Assembly (NCBI GenBank): GCA_963762565.1
Contig: CAVXLD010000007.1
Coordinates: forward strand, 192,001 to 256,000
DNA length: 64,000 nt
DNA from: an uncultured Verrucomicrobiae bacterium
GTDB taxonomy: Bacteria; Verrucomicrobiota; Verrucomicrobiia; Chthoniobacterales; JAFAMB01
Direction of reading: 5' to 3'
Below, in pieces: positions 28,137-36,692 of the stretch; the stretch's first letter is position 1; each line of letters starts with the position of its first letter. The translations under genes and the position numbers were made by a program. The notes beneath the pieces were generated by a model. The model saw nothing but the letters and a program-made list of their open reading frames with translations, did no database searches and had not been told where the DNA came from.

Positions 28137-29165
28137 CGGTACCAGACTTACCTTTACCGATTGGCTCTTGTCGGATGCGATGGTGAACGCGTCGAGGGCT
28201 GACTTAAGCGGTACGCGGTGGGTGATCAGTGGCTGTACATTGATCCGGCCTTTTTCCAAAAGGCGGACCGCCGTTATGTACTCCTGATAGAATCGAAAGG
28301 TGCCTACTAGTTCGAGTTCTTTGGCAAGGACGCGCCCGAGAGGGAGTTGGGCTGCGGAGAGCATCCCGATCTGCACCATGCGGCCGCCAGGGGCCAGCGA
28401 TTCAAGGCAATTTATCATCGCGGGCACGGCGCCTGAGGCTTCCAAAGCGACATCAAATTCACCTTGGTCGCTCACCGCTTGTTTAAGGGCATCGGAGTTC
28501 TCCGCTACGTTAAGGGCGTAGTCCATGTCCAATTCCAAAGCCAGTTTAAGGGGCGATGGAAACCGATCGGTAATGGTGATCTCCAGAGCGCCGGCGAAAC
28601 GGGCGGCAACTCCGGCCAAAAGACCGATTGGTCCTGCCCCGGTGATCAAGACTCTCTTCGAATTGAGATTTCCTGCTTGGTTAACGGCATGCAAGACCAC
28701 TGCTAATGGTTCAGCACAGGCTACCTCAGGAAAGGAAATCTCTGTCGTGAGAGGAACACACTGCGATTCAGCAGCCACGAAAAACTCAGCAAAACCTCCC
28801 TGAACATGGGGGTAGCGGGATGCACTACCGAAAAAATAAACGTTGGTGCAAAGGTTACCACGCCCGGATCGGCATTGTGCACAAACGCCACAGTAACGAG
28901 CCGGATTGACCGCGATCCGCTGCCCAGGTTTCAGTGACGAGACACCAGGTCCGCATTTCACAATCTCGCCGGCGACTTCGTGACCAAGTGTCATTGGTTG
29001 CTTGATTTTGAAGTCGGCGACTCCGCCTTCGTGAAAGTAATGTAGATCGGATCCGCAGATTCCTCCTGCACCCAACCGGACTAAGACCTCGTTCGGTCCA
29101 GGTTCGGGAATATCTTTATTTTCTAAGCGAAGATCGTGTGCACCGTGGATGACGCAGGACAACAT
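28134..29165 (-). CDS. idnD: Zn-dependent L-idonate 5-dehydrogenase-like
   Basis: GGICGSDLHY, GHE, structural Zn Cys cluster, GSASRYPHVQGGF and GTFRF motifs. Confidence 0.85.
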   Translation of the reverse strand: MLSCVIHGAHDLRLENKDIPEPGPNEVLVRLGAGGICGSDLHYFHEGGVADFKIKQPMTLGHEVAGEIVKCGPGVSSLKPGQRIAVNPARYCGVCAQCRSGRGNLCTNVYFFGSASRYPHVQGGFAEFFVAAESQCVPLTTEISFPEVACAEPLAVVLHAVNQAGNLNSKRVLITGAGPIGLLAGVAARFAGALEITITDRFPSPLKLALELDMDYALNVAENSDALKQAVSDQGEFDVALEASGAVPAMINCLESLAPGGRMVQIGMLSAAQLPLGRVLAKELELVGTFRFYQEYITAVRLLEKGRINVQPLITHRVPLKSALDAFTIASDKSQSVKVSLVP

Positions 29166-29233
29166 AGAAGATGGTGAAAGGTGGATTGGTGATTGGTGAT
29201 TGGTGAAAGGAGGTAGGAGCTAGAATCTAGGAG

Positions 29234-29529
29234 CTAGTGTCCTGTCCCATAAGTAACATGGCTTTCGCCGTCGGTCAGTTGGCTGTTTTTCAAGGCGCGA
29301 GCGAAGCGCCCATATCTGGTTCATACGGGTCGAGCGAGCAACGCAGAAAAACAGCCAACTGGCCACGGCCCGGAGGGTTGCGATGAAAATGGGCCGGCGG
29401 CTGCGTTGCTCGTCGGTTACGTATCGATCTAGATATGCGCCCTCTACCGCCAGTCCGGCTCGGACCGCCTTGCCGGCGGCCCATTTTGATCGCAACGAAA
29501 GCCACGTTATTTATGGGACAGGACACTAG
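29234..29529. mobile_element. MITE-like element with 34-bp terminal inverted repeats bounded by CTAG
   Basis: The left end ctagtgtcctgtcccataagtaacatggctttcg matches the reverse complement of the right end at 32/34. The interior has further inverted segments and no credible ORF. Confidence 0.8.
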
Positions 29530-29631
29530 AGGGGGGATCGCAAATGGCGCGTTGTTCGCGTTTTTTCTGCCTTGGCAGTTTCATTCTAGCTCCTAGATTC
29601 TAGCTCCTAGCTCCTAGCTCCTTTAATCATC

Positions 29632-30390
29632 GTGTTCCTATTCGACCTTTCTCACCGTCGTATTCTTGTCACTGGCTCTAATGCCGGCCTCGGGTTTGCC
29701 ATCGCTCGTGGTCTCGCCCAGCATGGCGCAGGAGTAATCTTGAACGGTCGTAACCCGAACAGGCTTCGATCTGCTGCCGATCTACTGAGAAAAGAAGGGT
29801 ATGCGGTCGAAGAAGCTCGATTTGACGTCACTAACGAAGGCGAGATCCAGCCAGCGATTGCGGAACTTTCTGCGAACGCGCCCATCGATGTCCTGATCAA
29901 TAACGCAGGGATCCAGCGACGGGTGCGCCTGGACGAAATCTCTCTTGAGACTTGGTCGGAGGTGATTCAAACCAATTTGACCAGCGCAATGCTGGTCTCC
30001 CGTGAGGTGGTTAAAGGCATGATCGCGCGTAAGAGGGGAAAGATCATCAATATCTGTTCGGTGATGAGCGATTTCGCGCGGACTACCACGGGACCGTACA
30101 CCGCCGCAAAAGGGGGCCTCAAGATGCTAACGAAGGTGATGTGCGCGGACTGGGCGCAGTTTAACATTCAAATCAACGCGATTGGACCCGGCTATTTCAT
30201 CACCGAGATGACGCAGGTGCTGGCGGATAATCCGGACTTCGACGCCTGGGTCAAACAACGGACACCCGCGAAACGCTGGGGCATACCTTCTGAGCTGGTC
30301 GGGGCAGCAGTCTTCCTCAGCAGCGATGCTTCTTCGTTCGTAAACGGACAGATTTTGTATATCGACGGTGGGATGACGGCGGCGTTGTAG
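29632..30390 (+). CDS. idnO: Gluconate 5-dehydrogenase (SDR)
   Basis: LFDLSHRRILVTGS, NNAGIQRR, YTAAKGG, GPGYF and RTPAKRWG motifs; divergent from idnD. Confidence 0.88.
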   Translation: MFLFDLSHRRILVTGSNAGLGFAIARGLAQHGAGVILNGRNPNRLRSAADLLRKEGYAVEEARFDVTNEGEIQPAIAELSANAPIDVLINNAGIQRRVRLDEISLETWSEVIQTNLTSAMLVSREVVKGMIARKRGKIINICSVMSDFARTTTGPYTAAKGGLKMLTKVMCADWAQFNIQINAIGPGYFITEMTQVLADNPDFDAWVKQRTPAKRWGIPSELVGAAVFLSSDASSFVNGQILYIDGGMTAAL

Positions 30391-30570
30391 GGGACATGGC
30401 TGAAGGGCGAATGGGCTACAGGTGCGAAAGGGTGAAAGGTGAAAGGTGAAAGGTCGGAAGGGCGCGTCGATGCCATGGAGGCGCGACTGTCCGGCGTAGC
30501 TAAAGGCCCTTGAATCCCGATTTTCACAGAAAGATCACAAAGGCCACGAAGACACAGGTGTGAACTACGG

Positions 30571-30660
30571 GCACCTCTTTCAAGGCGCATTTGTTAATCG
30601 CGTAACCCAGGGCCGAAAGCTTTCGGCCCTGGGCTGTTCTGTATAGCCGCTTCGCGGCAA
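30571..30660. repeat. Family G multi-hairpin repeat
   Basis: CCCAGGGCCGAAAGCTTTCGGCCCTGGG core; a related copy lies at 62455-62545. Confidence 0.65.
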
Positions 30661-30722
30661 GGCTTATCTCACTTTTGGTATCGGCTATTGGCCATTGATC
30701 GCTCAGATGCGAGTCCGTTGAT

Positions 30723-31718
30723 ATGCTGGACTACAACACAAAGTTTGATCGGCGAGTGTCGACGACAGTTTTCGATGAGAAAGAGATTCGTGAACTAGTC
30801 AGTTCGCGGCTGAACTCTTCTGAAATCGAATCGGTCTCATTGCTGGCCGGCGGTTTTATGAATTCGAATTACCGGCTCAGGCTCAGAGATAACGCTTCTC
30901 TGGTTTTGAGAATCTCTGCTAGAAGCGCTGATTTAAAGAAAGAGCTAAGCGTACTGAAACATGTGCACGGCAGAGTTTCTGTTCCGACGGTCGTTGCCGA
31001 AGATTTTTCCGAACCACATCCTTTCGCTTTGATTGAGTTTATCGAAGGAACGCTGTTCGCCGATGGCCTGCGTTCGGTGGCTACCGAAGATCTGATAAAA
31101 CTGGTGGCCGAGGCCGGGACTGCTCTTCAAGCCATCCATTCATTCAACTTGGGCAAGGCCGGCTTCTTTGACGAAAATTTTGCGTTCAATCCGGTCTTTG
31201 AGAATTTCGGTGGTAGTCTTTACGAGTATATCTGTTCGAGCCTCGCTTCTGGCCAGGTTCGAGAAAGGCTAGGGGCACGCTTGGCCGAGCGTACGCTGCA
31301 ATGCGTGCAGTCCAAACGAGAGATTTACTCGTCGATTCCAAACTCAACGCGACTCATCCATTGTGACTACAACCTGAAGAACATTCTGATCCGGAAGATT
31401 GGCTCGGCTTGGAGAGTAGTGGGAATCCTGGACTGGGAGTTCGCCATTTCGGGTTCGCCTTTGGTGGACATCGGAAATTTCTTGCGGTTCGAAGATGAAT
31501 TACCACCGGGATTTAGTGAGGCGTTTGTCAGGGGATACGTTTCGGGTTCAATCGGCTTGCCGAGCAATTGGAGGGAAGTTGCCCGGCTTCTTGATCTAGC
31601 GGCTATGATGAATTTCCTGGAGGGTAAAGAAGAGGCTCCCAAAACGTTTCGCACCGCCATGTCTGTGGTCGCAAAGACGGTCGAGTCGGTAGGGCGAGGC
31701 TCCCGAAAGGCCGAATGA
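30723..31718 (+). CDS. APH/choline kinase-like phosphotransferase
   Basis: GGFMNSNY, IHCDYNLKNIL and LDWEFA motifs. Confidence 0.85.
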   Translation: MLDYNTKFDRRVSTTVFDEKEIRELVSSRLNSSEIESVSLLAGGFMNSNYRLRLRDNASLVLRISARSADLKKELSVLKHVHGRVSVPTVVAEDFSEPHPFALIEFIEGTLFADGLRSVATEDLIKLVAEAGTALQAIHSFNLGKAGFFDENFAFNPVFENFGGSLYEYICSSLASGQVRERLGARLAERTLQCVQSKREIYSSIPNSTRLIHCDYNLKNILIRKIGSAWRVVGILDWEFAISGSPLVDIGNFLRFEDELPPGFSEAFVRGYVSGSIGLPSNWREVARLLDLAAMMNFLEGKEEAPKTFRTAMSVVAKTVESVGRGSRKAE

Positions 31719-31891
31719 GTTATCAGGGGAATCGGCTGAACCTTTCTCAACTGCGAGCAACATCGGTGGACGTGCCGAGCCGTGGCTCATCGCGAACCAC
31801 GGCTCGGCGGGCATTTCGTTCTAATCACGCGCTGTCAGCGACGACCTGCCAATGACGCTGTGAAATGCGTGGGTCTCTCGGGAGCCTCGCC
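31688..31891. repeat. Family B nested inverted-repeat element (right end eroded)
   Basis: GGTAGGGCGAGGCTCC-N70-GCCGAGCCG ... CGGCTCGGC-N72-GGAGCCTCGCC. Confidence 0.8.
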
Positions 31892-31942
31892 ATCTGCAAA
31901 TTACTGATTACTGATTCACTGATTACTGATTACTCTTCCCCG

Positions 31943-33232
31943 ATGGATCTGATCTTCAGGCACGCAAACCTTCCGGACGGTCGCATAAATATTGATGTCG
32001 GTATCGAAGGGCAAATGATCACGGCGGTTGCGGAGAATTTGCCGGCGACCGCGGCAGTCGAGGTCGACGCCAAAGGTAAATTACTATCTCCTCCGTTTGT
32101 CGACGCTCATTTTCATCTGGATGCGGCGCTCTCACTCGGCCTGCCTAGGCTGAATCGTTCCGGAACACTTCTCGAAGGGATCGCACTTTGGGGCGAATTA
32201 AAGCCCGAGCTGACTCATGAAGCGGTGGCCGCCAGGGCGTTGGCTTATTGTGACATGGCGGTCGCGCAAGGACTCCTGGCCATCCGCAGTCACGTCGATG
32301 TTTGCGATGATCGGCTTCTGGCAGTTGAAGCTTTGCTCCAAGTAAAGAAGCAGGTGGCCGACTATCTGGATCTACAGCTCGTCGCGTTTCCCCAGGACGG
32401 TTTGTATCGATTTCCGAACGGTGAAAAGAATGTTTTACGGGCTTTGGATCTAGGGGTTGATGTCGTCGGGGGGATTCCGCATTTCGAACGCACGATGGCG
32501 GACGGTGCTGCCTCGGTGAAACGGCTCTGCGAGATTGCGGCGCAACGTGGACTTTTGGTGGATCTGCATTGCGACGAATCGGATGATCCGCATTCCCGAC
32601 ATATTGAAACTCTGGCGGCAGAAACCAAACGGCTTGGGCTGCAAGATCGAGTGGCAGGGTCTCACCTAACTTCCATGCATTCGATGGACAACTATTATGT
32701 GTCGAAGCTGATCCCGTTGATGGTGGAATCGGGTGTCGCTGCCGTGGCGAATCCGTTGATTAACATCACGCTCCAAGGCCGGCATGATACCTATCCGAAA
32801 CGACGGGGATTGACTCGGGTGCCGGAACTAATGGCTGCCGGTGTGCCGGTGGCGTTTGGTCACGATTGCGCGATGGATCCTTGGTATTCTTTTGGGTCCG
32901 GCGACATGTTGGAAGTTGCCCACATGGGAGTGCATGTCTGTCAGATGACGTCGCTGGCGGCTATTCAATCTTGTTATGAAGCCGTGACGGTGAACGCCGC
33001 TAAGATTTTGCACTTGGATAAATATGGCATCGCCGAAGGGAATTGGGCCGACTTGGTGTTGTTACAGGCTGCCGATCCTTTTGAGGCGATCCGTTTGAAA
33101 GCGACGCGGTTGATGGTTGTGCGGCGGGGGAAAATCATTGCGCGAAGTGCGGAGAGAACCACTGAGCTAGAGCTTCCCGGGCGGCCGGGAAAGGTGTCGC
33201 TGAACTTCGTACCGGGGTCGGTGAAGGGTTAG
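31943..33232 (+). CDS. codA: Cytosine/creatinine deaminase-like amidohydrolase
   Basis: PPFVDAHFHLD, SGTLLEGI, AFPQDG, GGIPHFE, HCDESDD and FGHD motifs. Confidence 0.85.
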   Translation: MDLIFRHANLPDGRINIDVGIEGQMITAVAENLPATAAVEVDAKGKLLSPPFVDAHFHLDAALSLGLPRLNRSGTLLEGIALWGELKPELTHEAVAARALAYCDMAVAQGLLAIRSHVDVCDDRLLAVEALLQVKKQVADYLDLQLVAFPQDGLYRFPNGEKNVLRALDLGVDVVGGIPHFERTMADGAASVKRLCEIAAQRGLLVDLHCDESDDPHSRHIETLAAETKRLGLQDRVAGSHLTSMHSMDNYYVSKLIPLMVESGVAAVANPLINITLQGRHDTYPKRRGLTRVPELMAAGVPVAFGHDCAMDPWYSFGSGDMLEVAHMGVHVCQMTSLAAIQSCYEAVTVNAAKILHLDKYGIAEGNWADLVLLQAADPFEAIRLKATRLMVVRRGKIIARSAERTTELELPGRPGKVSLNFVPGSVKG

Positions 33233-33420
33233 CGTTTGGCGTTTGGCGTTTGGCGTTCGGCGTTCGTGCTCAGGGCGGCGAAGCCCTACCGTCGTTTCCA
33301 GACGGACGTGTTTCTTGCTTGGGTACCAACGAACTGGTCCGAACCTTCGGCGGCCCGCTTGTCTGCTGAAGAATGGCTGATGAACACGTCGTGGGGCATG
33401 GCTAAAGGAGTTCAGGCACT

Positions 33421-33675
33421 CGTGGAGCGCGCCTCGCTTGCGAGGCCGTGGTAACCAAAGGGAGGTCGTTGGGCAAGTCCCTGTGTCATCTGCGCTCTGT
33501 ACCTCTTGCCACAGCGAGCGAGTACGTTTTCTCACAAGCGCATCACGACGCCGGAATTCATAGCACACACCGATTGGCTCCGGAATCGAAATGGATAGAG
33601 CGTAGATCCCTGAAATAAAGCGCTTCATGGTCTCGCCCTGTTCAACACGGCCTCGCAAGCGAGGCACGCTCCACG
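33421..33675. repeat. Family A inverted REP pair (REPIN-like)
   Basis: CGTGGAGCGCGCCTCGCTTGCGAGGCCGTG ... CACGGCCTCGCAAGCGAGGCACGCTCCACG. Confidence 0.85.
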
Positions 33676-33708
33676 GTTCCGGCCGAACGCTCGCGCCATC
33701 AGTCATTT

Positions 33709-34284
33709 CTAGCAGGAATGGTGGCGTCGTTTGGTGGCTAGAGCGTTCCATTTTCTGACTAGGCGGCGTAGCCCCGGGTCGAGTTCCCAGGCTTGTAGAT
33801 CGGAATAAGTAAACCAGCGCAGTTCCTTGCTTTCGACGCTGGTTTTGGTCTCGGCCGCTTGGGGTGCGATGAGCACGTAACGGATATCAAAATGAAAATG
33901 TGCCGGCTCGTTTCCGTGAGGCGGGATCTCATGGATATCGAGGTCAAAAGGACGAGCGGCGGCTACGATCAATCCATCAATTCCGGATTCTTCAAGTGCT
34001 TCTCGACGGGCAACGGAAAGCACATTTTCCTCTCCGTCACAATGACCTCCAAACTGTAGCCAGCGATCAAGTTTGCGATGATGATGGAGCAAGACCTTGC
34101 TTCCGTCTCCGCTGACCACCAGGGCGCTACCGGTGAAATGGGCCGGAAACGCGTCTCTGCGAAAACAGTCTGGGCGGGTGTCGAGCAACTCCAGCATTTG
34201 CTGGCGGCAGGAAGCCTCTTCCGGACGAACAGAAAGGTCGAGACCTGATAACGTGTTCCTAAGCTCAGTGCGATCTGTCCCCAT
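33709..34284 (-). CDS. NUDIX hydrolase
   Basis: HFTGSA, WLQFGGHCDG...ARREALEESG (Nudix box) and HFDIRY motifs. Confidence 0.92.
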   Translation of the reverse strand: MGTDRTELRNTLSGLDLSVRPEEASCRQQMLELLDTRPDCFRRDAFPAHFTGSALVVSGDGSKVLLHHHRKLDRWLQFGGHCDGEENVLSVARREALEESGIDGLIVAAARPFDLDIHEIPPHGNEPAHFHFDIRYVLIAPQAAETKTSVESKELRWFTYSDLQAWELDPGLRRLVRKWNALATKRRHHSC

Positions 34285-34379
34285 GTTGCTATTGCTATTA
34301 GCACAACAAAGATGAAACTTCCGTCGCTTCCAACGGGTTCTAAGTAGAGGCTCTGCCAGAAGGGGTTAAGAAACTCGTA

Positions 34380-36254
34380 TTGAAAAACCAGATGAAAATT
34401 TTCGTTAAATATAGCGTTCTAAGCGTTCTGCTATCGGGCTTGCTCAGTCCCCTGACCGCTGTCTCGCAGGAGTCCGGAAAAGCAGAGCAAATCATGGCAG
34501 CTTCCAAGGCAGCAATGGGAGGGGCGGCCTGGGATCAGATTAAAACCTGGCATGAGACAGGAAAGGTAACGCAGGGTGGCTTGGAAGGCAGCTATGAATC
34601 GTGGTCCGATTTTCCCGACGTCCGCAGCGCCGACATTTTTAAGATTGGGCCCGCAAAAGGCTCTCAAGGCTGGAACGGGAAAGAGGCGTGGTCGACTGAC
34701 AGTAGCGATCAGCTTCGCATCGAGACCAGTCAAGCTTCCATCGCTGCGGCCATCAAAGGCGCCTATCAGGCGGCGCACGCTTTCTATTTCGCTGGCCGGT
34801 ATCCGGCGGAACTAAAATATAGCGGCGTCAAAGACAACGATGGTAAGCCCTGTGACGTGGTCGTTCTTCAGCCGAAGGATTCGGATCCCTTTGAAGCTTG
34901 GTTCGACCAATCCACTCATTACCTGGTGAAGACAGTTGATCTCACTGGTGAACAGCCACAGACCACGTTTTTCTCGGACTTCCGATCGGTGCAAGGATTA
35001 ACCATCCCGTTTAAGGCCAAGGTCAGAATCGGAGATCCGAAGTACGACAGCATCGCCGAATCGGAAAATATCGAACTAAATAGCGAGATCGCGGCCAGCC
35101 GGTTCGATCCGCCAAAACAGGTGGTCGATGCGTTGGAATTTCCCGCGGGAAAAGACCGAGTGTCGATTCCGTTTAAGCTTTTGAATAACCACATCTATCT
35201 GCCGGTGTCCCTGAATGGAAAGGTATGTGACCAGATGATCTTCGATACCGGGGCCACCAATGTGATAAGCTCGGCTGCGGCGAAGGCGAACGCTATTAAG
35301 ACTGAAGGCGAACTGCCAGGAGGAGGGTTTGGAGACAATGTGTCTGCCTTTGGGTTGGCCAAGATCGGGCTGATAGACGTAGGAGGAGTAAAGCTAAAAG
35401 ATCAGGTGTTCGGCGTTTTTGACTTTGGCAATCTTGCGAAAGTCGAAGGAGTAGGAGAGGACGGACTAATCGGCTATGAGATCGCGCGCCGGGCAGTGGT
35501 CCAGATTGACTACGCTAACAACCGGTTAACCATCATTAAACCCGGGCAGTTTCATCCCTCAGAAAAGGCAGTAAAGGTTCCTTTCACGTTCAATAACCAT
35601 GTCCCGATGATCGAAGCCAATCTCGATGGCATCTCAGGGCAATTCGAGGTTGATACCGGCGCCCGTTCTTCTATCTCGATCATGCGTCCGTTCGCAACGG
35701 CGAATCATCTGGTGGAAAAGTATCAGGCTAAAACCGAAGTGATTGGCGGGTACGGAGTGGGCGGTCCGGCCAAGGCGCTCCTGGTTCGACCGCAGACTCT
35801 CAAGATCGAGTCGATTGAAATCAAGGATCCGGTTGGATTGATTGAAACCGGAGAGAAAGGCGCCGCGGCGGCGACGCAGACTGCAGGGAACTTGGGCGGT
35901 GGGATCTTAAAGAGGTTCACGGTCACTTTAGACTACGAGCATCAAGTTCTTTATCTCGAGCCGAACGCGAGCTTCTCGGAGCCGGACATTTTCGATCGCT
36001 CCGGGATCTGGTGCATGCAGGATAACGCGGGCGGTTTGTCAGTGATGGATGTGGTCAAAAACAGTCCGGCGGACAAGGCCGGAGTACAGCCAGGAGACAA
36101 GATTATCGGAGTGGACGGAGCTACCGTTACCGCCGCGCAGATTAATTCAGTGCGAAACAAGTTGAAGGAAGCGCCGGGGACAAAAGTGAAGTTGCAGGTC
36201 GATGGTAAGGACGGCAAACGTCAGGTGAGCCTGACGCTGGCGGAGTTGGGGTAG
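34380..36254 (+). CDS. Exported tandem retropepsin-like aspartyl protease with C-terminal PDZ domain
   Basis: Signal peptide; two motifs FDTGA and VDTGA; PDZ SPADKAGVQPGDKI. Confidence 0.85.
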   Translation: MKNQMKIFVKYSVLSVLLSGLLSPLTAVSQESGKAEQIMAASKAAMGGAAWDQIKTWHETGKVTQGGLEGSYESWSDFPDVRSADIFKIGPAKGSQGWNGKEAWSTDSSDQLRIETSQASIAAAIKGAYQAAHAFYFAGRYPAELKYSGVKDNDGKPCDVVVLQPKDSDPFEAWFDQSTHYLVKTVDLTGEQPQTTFFSDFRSVQGLTIPFKAKVRIGDPKYDSIAESENIELNSEIAASRFDPPKQVVDALEFPAGKDRVSIPFKLLNNHIYLPVSLNGKVCDQMIFDTGATNVISSAAAKANAIKTEGELPGGGFGDNVSAFGLAKIGLIDVGGVKLKDQVFGVFDFGNLAKVEGVGEDGLIGYEIARRAVVQIDYANNRLTIIKPGQFHPSEKAVKVPFTFNNHVPMIEANLDGISGQFEVDTGARSSISIMRPFATANHLVEKYQAKTEVIGGYGVGGPAKALLVRPQTLKIESIEIKDPVGLIETGEKGAAAATQTAGNLGGGILKRFTVTLDYEHQVLYLEPNASFSEPDIFDRSGIWCMQDNAGGLSVMDVVKNSPADKAGVQPGDKIIGVDGATVTAAQINSVRNKLKEAPGTKVKLQVDGKDGKRQVSLTLAELG

Positions 36255-36292
36255 TCTTGCGTATGGGCGTGTGGGCGTTGGTGGGGCGAGAG

Positions 36293-36552
36293 GGGTCGCC
36301 ACCCGTGGAGCGTTGCCTCGCTTGCGAGGCCGTGGTGAGCAGGGGTTGAAACGTCCCGTTAGCCTCAGGTACGCAGCGTTATATCATCCGGTAATCTGAG
36401 TGCCTCGAGAATTGGGACGTACGGCTGGCAAAATCAGCGATTAATCCAGCCTTGAGCAATACAGAGCGCAGATAAGTAAGGGCGTACGTAAGCGTACGGC
36501 CCCTGTTCACCACGGCCTCGCAAGCGAGGCAACGCTCCACGGGTCGCGACCC
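36293..36552. repeat. Family A inverted REP pair with ~53-bp arms
   Basis: 36293-36345 is a near-perfect reverse complement of 36500-36552. Confidence 0.85.
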
Positions 36553-36588
36553 GTTCCCACCCCACTAGTGGGCACTCCAGCTTCAGTT

Positions 36589-36618
36589 TTTAAATGAAAC
36601 CCCTCGATTTCATTTAAA
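36589..36618. promoter_or_regulatory. AT-rich palindrome upstream of hutH (candidate operator)
   Basis: TTTAAATGAAA-N8-TTTCATTTAAA with perfect 11-bp arms. Confidence 0.5.
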
Positions 36619-36692
36619 TTCCAATGTGAAACGCTTGGAATAGTTATTATTTGAAACCGTGTTGCTCAGCGAGGTAGACTGAGATCGATTTT

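Noticed and set aside
29220..29526. Small ORFs as a transposase remnant
   Set aside because: No DDE or HUH motifs; they lie within the structured MITE.
30723..31718. Aminoglycoside resistance gene
   Set aside because: Only generic APH/choline kinase motifs are present and there is no mobile or resistance context.
33167..33751. 194-aa minus-strand ORF
   Set aside because: It spans family A REPs and heptamer repeats and overlaps both neighbouring genes.
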